Of a stretch of 64,000 nucleotides of DNA, positions 39,757-52,490 are shown one piece after another. Where the stretch lies: NCBI RefSeq assembly GCF_000497125.1, contig NC_090604.1:454651-518650 (forward strand), in the 5' to 3' direction. The notes under the pieces were generated by a model, which saw nothing but the letters and a program-made list of their open reading frames with translations, did not search any database and was not told where the DNA came from. The DNA comes from Spironucleus salmonicida (lineage: Eukaryota). A program made the position numbers and the translations under genes. Each line of letters starts with the position of its first letter. The first letter of the stretch is position 1.

Positions 39757-40609
39757 ATATCCACGACAGGCACATGCACCAAACTTAACACAAAGTGCAA
39801 AGCCGGTCACTTCTGCCCAACTACTGATACTGTAACCGTAAATTGCACTCCTTGCTAAGAAAACATGAAATTCGACCAAGGCTGCTACTGCAAGAATGGC
39901 TCTGTTACCACAAATTCCAAGGAATGCAACGGATAAAATTGCGCCACCTGCCTCCCGGGCTCCTATCTCATTACAAACGTCTGCTCTAACTGCTCAAAAG
40001 GTCGCGCCGAATGTACCGATAAAAACTCCTGCTAGAAGTGCGCCGCTGGGTCCACAATGCATAATAAGGATTGCGTCAAGACATGTGGTTGCAATAAAAA
40101 TGACGACGATGAAGTTTCTAAATACTGTGATATTTCCTAAAATAAATATGAAAATGTGCTGATAATTGCTAAATTTGCTCCTCAGCGACGTTCTGCAACG
40201 GCTACGAGGAGTTAATTATACTACAACAATTTATGGAACTTGCACTGGAATTTGTAAGAATGTGAATGACGGAAATTACTGCAAGGACTGTGTAGCCACG
40301 CCCTGCGCTGAAGGCCTTGATTCTGCCTGCAAATGCGGATTTGCTCGAAACTGTGCTTCTTGCAATACTGCAAAGAATAGCTGTGATGCATGTTTGCCAA
40401 ATGTTATGGAGGACAATAATGGAAAATGCAGAAACTGTGCAGTTGGATATAAAGCTATAGGTAACATGTGCTGGTCAGAAGAAAAATCTGCAGATGTGAA
40501 CAAAATTGGTAGAGGAGCCATTGCAGGAATTGGGGCAGGCGTTTTGGTAGTTGGTGGGGCTGTTGGCAGCGGATTGGTATATTACTTTGTAAAGAAGGCT
40601 AGGACGTGA
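39757..40609 (+). pseudogene. CRMP1 pseudogene
   Basis: AAAATATCCACG in place of AAAATGTCCACA (start lost), frameshifts in 5' half, degenerate tail KKART. Confidence 0.85.
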
Positions 40610-41165
40610 GCCTGAACTATTCATCAAATTTTAGTGCTTGTATTACGTATTTTGGTAACTAAAATATTCGGTATAACAGCGTGGGAGGCTTGTTTGCCAC
40701 GTCAATAATAGCTACAATTAGTTAGATTATGTCAGTTTCCTGGCTTCGCATGTAGTTTTACCTTAGTTAAGTCAATCAAGAATAACAGATAAATAAGTCA
40801 CAATAAATCATGAATCAACCTTAATACTTAAAATAACGTAGTGATAAACTCGTCAGGGCTTACCTCCTAATTTTAGTTGTAAAGAGACCTCACATTTCAC
40901 TATATAATATCAATATTCTATTTACATTATTTTAAAAGCTTTTAATCTGTTGGCTATACGATGATTAATCGCCGTAAAAATGCGAAATATGCAAGAAAAA
41001 ACTGTTTTTCTACTGAGAAATAATTAGATAAGTTTTACTATATACAATTTTTACTGGGGAGATAATTAAATATATATTAAAAATAATTAATATTGTTATT
41101 AGTGAAACTAATAAACTAAACAATGTGCTGCATTATTCATAATACTTTCAATCTTTAAATTAAAA

Positions 41166-42020
41166 ATGGCAGCCACAGGCACCTGTACAAGAACAGATGT
41201 AACCTGTAAAGCTGGTAATTTCTGTCCAGCTACAGATACTGCTTCAGTTAGCTGTATTCCCTGTACCGCAGATATGAAATTCGGCTAAGGCTGCTACTGC
41301 GAGGATAATTCAGTTATCACAAACTGCAAAGTATGCACAGGTACTTCTTGTTCAAAATGTCTCCCTGGCGCTTTCCTGAACAACAATTTCTGCACTAACT
41401 GCCCAAAGGGCTGTGGCGAATGCACAGCTTTTAGTTCATGTCAGAAATGCGCCGATGGGTTCACAATGGAAGGTGGCACATGCGTCAGAATCTGCAATAC
41501 CAATGACGACTGCAAGGACCAAGGTTCGACATTTTGCCAGATATCCTTAAAAAGGTGCGTGAAGTGTGGTGATAAATGTGATATTTGCTCATCGGCGACG
41601 TTCTGCAACGCGTGCGATGGGAGTACGCATATTACTACAATTCACGGTACGTGCACTCTTTTGTGTAATCCAATTACAGATGGTAACTACTGCAAGGACG
41701 GTTCTCCTACGGCCTGTGCTGAAGGGATTGATTCCGCCTGCAAATGCGGATTTGCTGAGAATTGCGCTTCGTGCAACACTGCTAAGGATGCCTGTGCGAC
41801 GTGCTTGCCTAATGTTATTCTGGGAGCTGGTAGGACGTGTACGGATTGTGCTAGTGGGTTCAAACCAATTGGCAATATGTGCTGGCCCGAGCAGCAAGAG
41901 ACTGGAGCCAATAATATAGGGACTGGGGCGATTGTGGGCATCGTGGTGGGAGTTTTGGTGGTCGTTGGGGCAGTTGGGAGTGGTCTGGCTTATTATTTCA
42001 TTAGAAAGGCTAAGAAGTGA
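41166..42020 (+). CDS. CRMP1-like, 284 aa (MAAT...RKAKK)
   Basis: 855 nt open in table 6. Confidence 0.92.
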
Positions 42021-42522
42021 GGTGCATGATACAATTTAAGGCAAATTAGGCGGATGGGTGCTAACTGTGCTTTTGGAGTTTGGGATTATAAGGATTGTAG
42101 GCATCATCGTCTTAAAGCTAAAATTAAGGTGAAGCAGGTAAAGACAAGTTGAAAAACGGGGTAAGGAGATTAGACCAGTAAAAATAGATTCGGAGTAATA
42201 TCGAACTACAATAAACTTTAGAGTTTTCATGTAGGGATACTTGGGAGTTTGCTATCGAGTATACATAATCAATTTAGATGAGTACCTCTGTTTCAAATTT
42301 GGTTTAGCTGTATATTACTTAATAGTAGTATAAATAAATAAAAAGTAACAAAAAACACTTTCTATTACTTGATATTAATACATAATTATTAAATTTTAAT
42401 CATTATATTAAATATAATATTAAGTATTTATATGAAATAGTATCCTGTTTTTTACCTGCGAAACTGAGAAACGAAGTTATGTGCTGAATTATCGATTTAA
42501 TTTGATACTGTAAAACTGCAAA

Positions 42523-43377
42523 ATGTCCACAACAGGCACATGTTCGAAAGGTAACACAAACTGCAAATCTGACCACTTCTGCCCAACTACAGATACTGCT
42601 TCAGTTATCTGTATTCCCTGTACCGAAAACATGAAATTCGGCTAAGGCTGCTATTGTGTGGATGATACAGTTATCACAAACTGCAAGACGTGCTCTGGAG
42701 ATAATTGCTCAAAATGTCTCCCTGGCGCTTTCCTGAGCAACAATTTCTGCGATTCCTGCGCAAAAGGCTGCAGCGAGTGCACTGGCGCAAATACCTGCCA
42801 GAAGTGTGCCGACGGGTTCACAATGGAAGGTGGCACATGCGTCAGAATCTGCGATAACAATTAAGACTGCGAGGATGAAGCTTTGACATTTTGCCAGATA
42901 TCCTCAAAGAGGTGCGTAAGGTGCTCTGCTCACTGCGACATTTGCTCTTCGGCGACGTTCTGCAACGCGTGCGATGGGAGTACGCATATTACCACAATTC
43001 ACGGTACGTGCACAGTATTGTGTATGGGAATGAACGATGGTAACTACTGCAAGGACGGTTCTCCTACGGCCTGCGCTGAAGGGATTGATTCCGCTTGCTA
43101 ATGCGGAGTTGCGGGAAATTGTGCTTCGTGCGACACTGCTTCAAATGGTTGCGAGACGTGTCTCCCTAATGTTATTAAGGGAAATGATGGTAGGTGTAAG
43201 GATTGTGCTGTTGGGTTCAAACCCATTGGCAATATGTGCTGGCCCGACTAACAAGGTTCTGAGGCCAACAAGATCGGGACTGGGGCGATTGTTGGTATAG
43301 TGGTTGGTGTTTTGGTGGTCGTTGGGGCAGTTGGGGGCGGTTTAGCTTATTATTTCATTAGAAAGGGTAAGAAGTGA
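42523..43377 (+). CDS. CRMP1-like, 284 aa ([10 protein letters not shown]...RKGKK)
   Basis: 855 nt open in table 6. Confidence 0.92.
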
Positions 43378-43828
43378 TCTAAATACTTCTAGATTCTGGA
43401 AATGTAGTAATTTATCTAAAATAATATATTGACGAAAACATCAGTACGAATCTTTAAATTACCACATAAAATCTTTGATCTGATTTGAGTTATATAATAA
43501 TGACTATTTGAGGTTCAGCAATCATGATTAGCGTAACAAATATTGATAAAGATACGCGAAATATAATTAATGGTAAGTAACATTGTATTTATACATTTTA
43601 GGAATTTTGATTTAATGCATTCAATATACCGTCTAACATTCTTAGTAAAAGTTAAGTCAGAGAAAACAGATTCCCACTGCGTTTTTAACGATATTTATTA
43701 GAGTGCACTCATTTTACCCAATGTATAATTTAGTATATATTAAAAAATAATATCTTGTTTTCCTTGCGAAACCTAGAAACCATCTTATTTGTAATTTTAT
43801 CCACCATCTTAACCTTATAGAGTAAAAA

Positions 43829-44683
43829 ATGGACAAGACAGGTACATGCACCAAACGTAACACAAACTGCAAAGCTGGCCACTTCTGCCCAACTACTGAT
43901 ACTGTAACCGTAAACTGCATTCCTTGTGAACAAGACATGAAATTTGGCCAGGGCTGCTACTGCAAAGATAATTCAGTTATCACAAACTGCAAGACGTGCT
44001 CTGGAGATAATTGCTCAAAATGTCTCCCTGGCGCTTTCCTGAACAACAATTTCTGCACTAACTGCCCAAAGGGCTGTGGCGAATGCACAGCTTTTAGTTC
44101 ATGTCAGAAATGCGCCGATGGGTTCACAATGGAAGGTGGCACATGCGTCAGAATCTGCAATACCAATGACGACTGCAAGGACCAAGGTTCGACATTTTGC
44201 CAGATATCCTTAAAAAGGTGCGTGAAGTGTGGTGATAAATGTGATATTTGCTCATCGGCGACGTTCTGCAACGCGTGCGATGGGAGTACGCATATTACTA
44301 CAATTCACGGTACGTGCACTCTTTTGTGTAATCCAATTACAGATGGTAACTACTGCAAGGACGGTGCTCCTACACCCTGTGTTGCAGGGCTTGATTCTGC
44401 CTGCAAATGCGGATTTGCTGAGAATTGCGCTTCGTGCAACACTGCTAAGGATGCCTGTGCGACGTGCTTGCCTAATGTTATTCTGGGAGCTGGTAGGACG
44501 TGTACGGATTGTGCTAGTGGGTTCAAACCAATTGGCAATATGTGCTGGCCCGAGCAGCAAGAGACTGGAGCCAATAATATAGGGACTGGGGCGATTGTGG
44601 GCATCGTGGTGGGAGTTTTGGTGGTCGTTGGGGCAGTTGGGAGTGGTCTGGCTTATTATTTCATTAGAAAGGCTAAGAAGTGA
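43829..44683 (+). CDS. CRMP1-like, 284 aa (MDKT...RKAKK)
   Basis: Complete even in the standard code, which confirms the family frame and length. Confidence 0.95.
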   Translation: MDKTGTCTKRNTNCKAGHFCPTTDTVTVNCIPCEQDMKFGQGCYCKDNSVITNCKTCSGDNCSKCLPGAFLNNNFCTNCPKGCGECTAFSSCQKCADGFTMEGGTCVRICNTNDDCKDQGSTFCQISLKRCVKCGDKCDICSSATFCNACDGSTHITTIHGTCTLLCNPITDGNYCKDGAPTPCVAGLDSACKCGFAENCASCNTAKDACATCLPNVILGAGRTCTDCASGFKPIGNMCWPEQQETGANNIGTGAIVGIVVGVLVVVGAVGSGLAYYFIRKAKK

Positions 44684-45185
44684 GGTGCATGATACAATTT
44701 AAGGCAAATTAGGCGGATGGGTGCTAACTGTGCTTTTGGAGTTTGGGATTATAAGGATTGTAGGCATCATCGTCTTAAAGCTAAAATTAAGGTGAAGCAG
44801 GTAAAGACAAGTTGAAAAACGGGGTAAGGAGATTAGACCAGTAAAAATAGATTCGGAGTAATATCGAACTACAATAAACTTTAGAGTTTTCATGTAGGAA
44901 TACTTGGGAGTTTGCTATCGAGTATACATAATCAATTTAGATGAGTACCTCTGTTTCAAATTTGGTTTAGCTGTATATTACTTAATAGTAGTATAAATAA
45001 ATAAAAAGTAACAAAAAACACTTTCTATTACTTGATATTAATACATAATTATTAAATTTTAATCATTATATTAAATATAATATTAAGTATTTATATGAAA
45101 TAGTATCCTGTTTTTTACCTGCGAAACTGAGAAACGAAGTTATGTGCTGAATTATCGATTTAATTTGATACTGTAAAACTGCAAA

Positions 45186-46055
45186 ATGTCCACAACAGGC
45201 ACATGTTCGAAAGGTAACACAAACTGCAAATCTGACCACTTCTGCCCAACTACAGATACTGCTTCAGTTATCTGTATTCCCTGTACCGAAAACATGAAAT
45301 TCGGCTAAGGCTGCTATTGTGTGGATGATACAGTTATCACAAACTGCAAGACGTGCTCTGGAGATAATTGCTCAAAATGTCTCCCTGGCGCTTTCCTGAG
45401 CAACAATTTCTGCGATTCCTGCGCAAAAGGCTGCAGCGAGTGCACTGATGTAAATACCTGCCAGATGTGTGCCGACGGGTTCACAATGGAAGGTGGCACA
45501 TGTGCCAGAATCTGCGATAACAATTAAGACTGCGGTGATTAAGCTACTACCTTCTGCGATGCGTCAAAATAAAGGTGTGTTTAATGCTCTACAAACTGCA
45601 CACTTTGCTAATCAGCGACTTTCTGCAACGCGTGCGATGGGACTACTCATATAACAACGATAGCTGGATAATGTACATTGAATTGTGCAGATATTGAAGA
45701 CGGAAAATATTGCAAAAACGGAACGGCCACGGCCTGTGCTGAAGGGATTGATTCTGCTTGCTAATGCGGAGTTGCGGGAAATTGCGCTTCTTGCAACACC
45801 GAATTGAATGCCTGTGATACGTGTTTGCCTAATGTAGTTAAGGGGGACGATGGAACCTGTAATACATGTGCTGTTGGATATAAATTTATTGGCGATATGT
45901 GCTGGCCGGAAGAAAACTCTGGAGAGGGCAACAGAATTGGTACTGGAGCGATTGTGGGCATCGTGGTTGGTGTTTTGGTGGTCGTCGGCGCGGTGGCGGG
46001 AGGTCTGGCCTACTATTTTGTTAGGAGGGCGAAGAAGAGAGTGGAGTAACAGTGA
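45186..46055 (+). CDS. CRMP1-like, 289 aa, extended tail RRAKKRVEQQ
   Basis: Family stop TGA changed to AGA; next in-frame TGA at 46053. Confidence 0.87.
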
Positions 46056-46671
46056 TTGGTAATAGATATGTGCCTGCACGTAAGTGCTAAGCTTTCCACT
46101 CGGATATTCCAATAGTATGCAGGTCTAACAGTGTTAATGCTGACTTGGAGCAATGATATGATACGTTGGAAATTTACATTATAGACTACCTTAGTAAAGA
46201 CTACGACTCGACATGCGTGCATTTCTGCTAGGGCACGCAGTTTCAACAAGATTTAGCTGAGGACGTCATTTTGGTATTGCGGTAATTTACTATATAAATA
46301 TAGATTATTTAGCGTTCAGTTTGATAATGCAGACCTAGCAGGATTGATGTCATCGCTAACATTATAAAATACCTCAGGACCCTATTAAGTGATCTCAGTC
46401 TACCAGCACACTAGCTTCATACCAATTCGGTATCCAGAAAGTTCGGCACCAGCTAATGGCCGTTTCTGGCGCGCTTCCTTTGCCTGTTCGGCTGCTTATT
46501 GTCATGGCCGTCGGCGCCAGATTAGCATAAAACGAGTGAAAATTCGATTTTCCACTCCTTTCAAATTCTTAAATTTCTGTACACTTCTCTATTCTCTACC
46601 TGAGCAATTAACAAAACATTCAAATTCAAATTCGATTTTCCACTCCTTTTTTCTATTTTCCCTAAAATCGC

Positions 46672-49191
46672 TCACTTGAACCTCCCGCTTTAGCGCCCCA
46701 AATCGACCACAACGCTCACCCCCCTCTCAACGAGCCCGTAGCCCACATTGTAGCTCAGATCGTTGACCGCAATATTCTTGTTATTGCGCTTGCTCTGCTG
46801 CTCGAATCCGATGATTTCGCAGTGTTTTTTCTGCATTTTTGCGTCGTAAATCGCGTCGACGCCACTCCTTATATCACTTTGGCAAGTTTTGCTGAAGTCG
46901 TTTCGGTCCTAAACGGCCAAATCCTTCACCAGCTGGCCCTTGCTGTGCAGCTTTTTGTAGATTTCGCCGCTATCGATGAAATTCGCGTAGTCATCGAATT
47001 TGCAGCTCTTCAGAATCGACGCTGAGCCGATCGTCAGGTTCGTTTGGTTATTGTTGATTTTTCCGTGCATTACGTCGCGCGAAATTGTGCTCATCGTTGC
47101 TATTACGGGATTTTTGTTACCCGATTTGGCGTAGTGGGCGTGGCGTTAATTTTTGACTTGATCCTCGAGTTCAACTCTGGGTTCAGTGATTTTTTTATCA
47201 GTTTGTGGGATGTACTTGAACCCATCGAGATCTCCTCCTTATTATAAAATAATAGCCATTTAATCGATTTTTTCGGTACTCATTTTCTGGCCATTTTCGC
47301 GTGGAATTTGCTTAGAAAACGTCAAATTCGCCTTATTTTTCGGCTTCAAGTCGTTAATTGACTTATAGCCTTAAACTTGATTTTCGACCATCAGAATCTG
47401 GTCGTTTTTGACAGTTTTGAGCCGGTTTCCGACCTACTCCAACAGCATTTAATTCGCCAAAATGGACAGATTCTGGCCCTTCGCGTCGCGGATTACGTCC
47501 CTGATTTCGTTAGCAAAAGCGAACTTTTGGGCCTCCGCGGACTCGATATCCCGGTCTCGAACCGCATACTGCTGGGAATTTCGATCGACGCCCTGCCGAC
47601 TACGCGGTGGACTCGTGCGAGAAACTTACGCAGCGAAAGGACTTTTCTACTGGAAAGGAGTGGAAATATTTTATTGCTAATTTTATATAATATTGATATT
47701 TGCGAATTCGCTCCTTTTCACGTTTTTGAGGTTTTCCTGATTCTGCTTCAGCTGGTCCGCGTTGTGCTTCGTGAGCGTCGTCTGGTTGTAGGACTGCGAA
47801 TTGCGCATTTGCGCGATCAATTTCCGATCCAGCGGCCGCTAAACGTGCTGGTTCAAGTACTTGTTCTCCTCTAAAAGGTCGAATTTCTTGACTTTTTCCA
47901 TCGAAAACGGCGCCTTTCCACTCCTTTTCCGCTCCTTTTCGTCCAGTTGAACTGTGAAAGGGCTCTTTTTCGCAAGAAACTGGCGCTCAGTTTCTTGTTT
48001 TTCGAAATATTGTTATTATTATCGTTCAATAATAGCATTTTTCGCTCCTTTTAGAATCTGTTGTTTCTGTTTTTCGCGCGCTGCGTCAAGCGAATTCGGG
48101 CTCCCTTTCGCACTCCTTTCCGGCATTTTCCACTCCTTCCAGGGCGATCCTGAATTTTCGCGCAGAATTCGGTCCGTTTCGACTTTTTCTGTCAGATTTT
48201 GACGGATTTCGCGATAATTTGTGGCCTTTTCGGGCTCGAATTCTTCGATTTTGCGCGAATTTCGGCCCATTTCCCTCCGCCTCGCGTCGTATTTTTTGAG
48301 TATTTTGACGCTTTTCTCGTCAAGAAACCAAGTTTCTGCAGTTTTTTCGTTATTGTCTTATATATGATTTTAATATATTTTCCCTTTCAAAACGGTCGGT
48401 TTTTGGTTCAGCGTCATTTTGCAGAAATTGGCTGATTTTTGCTGGTCGATATTGTACTTGTGCTCGTCTTTGCGCGAATTTTGAGCCGAAACGCGCCGCG
48501 GGGACGTGAAATTCGGCGTTCTATAGAGGAAATTCGCCTCTTCGTTTTGCGTCGTTCTGGCGATGTTCGGGGGGTAATTATTGCGGGCTGGCGATAAGAA
48601 TGCCGGGGAGGCGTTAGAATTCGTTTTGCAGGCCTGCACGACCGACTTGTGGAGGAGCGTTCTGTCGACGATTTGGTTGTAGGAGGCTAAATTAATTGTG
48701 GCGTTTTAAGTGTTCTAAATGCTATAAGTACCCTCATCAGCTAGGTTTCTGGCTAACTTTGTGGCCGGCGCGGCCGGTTCCGTGAGGCGGCGGTTTGGCG
48801 TGGGGCCGATTTCGTAGATTTGGGGCTTCGCGGCGCCCGGCGTCAGCTCCCGGCCGTAGGTGCGGAACGCGCGCTGCGGGGTCAACGGGTGCTCGAGCCT
48901 GTGCAGCTGCAGCGCCACGGCGCCGCGCGCAGAAATCGCAGCGGCGGGGGTGATCTTGGCCGTCTTCTGCGAGTTTGGCTTCGTGGAAGCTGGCGTGGGG
49001 GCTGCTGGTGGCTGGTAGTATGTGCGCTGCTCCTCGGGGGGCGTGTGCGGCTCTGGGTTCAGCTTCGCGAGCTGGGACGCCATCCAGAGTTGCGAGGGCA
49101 CGGTGACCGTCTGCGCCGTAGGGGACTGCGCGGGAGGCTGCAGCGGTGTGTCCGGCTGAATTTCGGTCGTCGAGGTGTGAATTTGCAACAT
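46672..49191 (-). CDS. Hypothetical low-complexity protein, 839 aa, Pro/Thr/Ala-rich N-terminus
   Basis: Four minus-strand ORFs (48715, 48370, 48019, 46909) share one frame joined by TAA/TAG; CGCTCC leader; AAGTGA stop; spot-checked, not every codon. Confidence 0.8.
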
Positions 49192-50969
49192 TTCTGGGTT
49201 GGAGCGGAGCGGGGAATATACATTATTATAAGTTAGACTGAATTGTTTTGCTGAATGGAGGGGCGATGTGGAGGCTGGTCAGGGGCAGGATGGGGCAGGA
49301 TGGGGCGATTCGCTGTGTTTAGAGGCTGATGGCATAGCTTTTAATTGTACTGGGAGTATGAGGATGGCTAGGATCTCACTGCGGGGCGTGCGCTGCTGGT
49401 GCCCGCTCGGTGTTTCCGCTGCGCAGGCTATTCAAGGCTCGACTCACCATGTACCCTGCATGCGCCCTGTTGTGTACCATCATTTCTATATGGGACGCGA
49501 AAATTCAGCTAACACCTGTCAGACCCCAAGTCCCACTACCCGCCGCAAAGCAGCATGGGTTCCTAGAGTTAGTACATGCCAATTTCGTATCCGCAGCTCC
49601 TCTGGGGCGTTAGGTCCACCGCATGCACGAGGTGGTGGCAAGTTCATCAAAACTTTTCGGACTCACCCAACGTGCGAGCTGGTACTCCCAATACTGCGCC
49701 GCTGCGTTCTCAAAAAGTATGAAATTAATTTTTGTCCACATCACGCCCGCAACCCTGGAGTTATATGGGATATGGAGTTCTCCGCCGCCAGTTGCCACAT
49801 TCGCTCCCATTTCCATCCTGCCCGTGATGCTAGGACTGTAACAAGTTTGGAACATTTTTTGCCAATGACATTGGCACAGCGACGCGCGGTACCATTTAAT
49901 AGCCGGCCTCCTGTATTCGTTTCGGGATCCATACACCAGGGGCGTTGCCGAGTACCTCCAAGGGGCCTGACGGGCTACGAGATGCATACCAGTGGCTTCC
50001 CTGTATTGTGCTCCTGGAAAGTTCCGTATGCGAAAAATCCCATACTTTACTCATATCCAGCACGCCAAATCGAGTGGGAGGTATTCTACGGTTTCATGAC
50101 ACGAGGACGAACACGAGCGTATGGAATGGTTTTGAAGGACATGGTAACAGGGCGTAGCGATACCGGTGGCCTATGTGTAGATAAGTGTACTGACTCCTGT
50201 AGCGGCATATCAGCGACGCTCACGGTATTCCCACTCGGAAAGTGTACTAGTGATGAGGCTCTGCATGCCCCAGCCAGGCAGCAATATGCAGCGAGGTCTG
50301 ATATTTAAAGGCCAGCTACGTCCCCATGTTTCCCAGAGCCTTCCGCATGAAGTTCCAGAACATATAACATTCCAGATTAAATATAAAATCCCCTTCCATC
50401 TCAAGTTTACCTTCGCTATGGTCACTATTATGCAGAGAGCCCGCCCGCACGATAGTATTTGCCGGTGCAGCGTGTCTACTGCCCCCAGCTGACCCATTCA
50501 GTGTAAAGCAAAAATAAAATTATTAGTACTATCCATTCCCCGCTACAACTACCATCCCACCACCACTCCCGTGCTAGAGGATCGGATCACGCTACCTACG
50601 CCTTTGCTGCACGGGCGTCGGACAGCAAGCTTTGGTACCACCTGCGGGGTACCTTCACGATGCAGTTTCGGCGAACGAGGGATAGTTGGTTGCGGGTATA
50701 ACTATATAGTCCTGCACCTGGTTTCTTCCCTTCAGGCCGCACGCGAACCCTGAGCTAGTAGGGATTTGGTGGGAAAGCGCGGTGATGCCTGCACGCTCAG
50801 GCCCATGCAAAATGGTCCATCCTGCGCTGCTAGGCTTAAACTGAGTGGAGTTCCGCACTTAGGCGTTTACATTTGTAAAGGAACGCTCCACACTGGGGCG
50901 GAATGCCAAATCGATAGTGGGATAGCACCCTCTAGCATGGACTATGCCCAGCGCTGCAACCCACATCCC

Positions 50970-52490
50970 TCAAATTTCCACAGAAAACCTCACTAGGCCA
51001 TCGTCTGGCACTGAATCATCACGAATACCGGAGCCAGAGTTCACTGCCAGGAACAACCCGAGATAGGAGAGCTAGGCCGCGAGGAACATCACGTAATTGT
51101 CGTAGTCGTTCTCGGTGCTCGCCATGTAGAAGCTGGACCAGCAGCCAGGATGCCGGCGATGTCCGGTTGGTCTGGTACGCGAGGATCTGGATCGCCCCTT
51201 CGAGTCAATGGAGATTTGAAGGACTGCCAGAACACGACCTCTAGCCTGCTGCTAGTTATCACCAGCTACATGGTGTCGCTAGTGTACGTGCAAAGGTCGT
51301 CGAAGGGGCTGCGGACCCGGAGGGCAATCTTGTCGCTACTTGAGACGGCAATAACGGTCAAATAGATGCAGTGTTTGACACCTTACACCCGCATGTAGAA
51401 CGGCAACATATGTCCCAACTCGCGTCGCGCTAATTGCTCTAGGCGTACAGATTCATACTTTCTGTAAACACCCTGATATATCGCTTGCGCTCGCAAAATA
51501 TTCGTTTTCCCGTATGCTTCTAGCGAATACCCCGCAGTTACCAGAATAATTTGGTCCTAGTAGGTAAGCATTGAGATGAAGTCTGCAGCAACGCTATCTG
51601 CACTAATTACACACTTCGGATGACTGCTGAACTGATCATGGTCCAAATATACCTGTCCGGATCAAATAGCGCGTAATGCTGGTTCTCTCGCCGCACGCCA
51701 ATGAGCCGTCAGCTTACTGCCGTATTGCGTCTTAAATAACTATCGTCTCGACTCCGACAGTATCGTAAATAACCCACGCCAAATCTGGACTACAAATTGG
51801 TAGTGATGAAGCTAATTATAGTAGAGCACGTTTTCTTTTCAATCTCGTCAACAATTTCCCTACATCGCAGCTAGCAACGGGTGACACGGTTGTGAACGCA
51901 CGGATGCTTGTATTCGCCAGCGTCGGTGCCTCACTCAAAGTCCCTCATCACGAGATTTGTAGTATTCTGCTAAAAGGTGATCCTGGGGTGCAGTTTCGCA
52001 TCCTCCGGCATCGTGCAGTCGTTCGGCGACAGCTCAAAAAATATATTTCGTCGCCTTGGATCGCGGAATATGAGAAGGCCAGGTTGCTCCAGTAGGAGGA
52101 GACGTCCGCTATCGGGTACTTAATCTGGTTCAGAGTTCCCCGGTAGTCGCCTGCCTTCTGGATTTTCACGACGTACTCGGCACTGACTATTTCGATCAGG
52201 GTCGTGATCAGCGCTGGGTGAGGCTCGATATCGGAAATACGAGCTCGTTCGTTCGTGACGTTGGCGCGGTAGCCGAAAGGGCGGGCAGTGAATACTGGGA
52301 TACTAATGGCCGTTGTACCCTCGTAAATGAGCTCCGCAGCGGCGTCGGAGCGTCAAGCGCGAGGCAGAGGGTCCAGCGGCACCTGAGGTATGAGGAAGAC
52401 AGTCAATAGTCTGAACTGTATTTCTCCCTCTAAGTACGATTCCGTGGAGAAGCAGTTTGGGGCCGATGCGCGCAGAGCAATTATGAGCAT
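50970..52490 (-). pseudogene. Inverted copy of the 33353 membrane-protein pseudogene
   Basis: Reverse complement of 33353-34874. Confidence 0.62.

Noticed and set aside
49268-50308. 346-aa plus-strand ORF in the track
   Set aside because: GTG start, no recognisable motifs, partial copy at 533-894 is truncated and differs by indels; likely chance frame in relic repeat DNA
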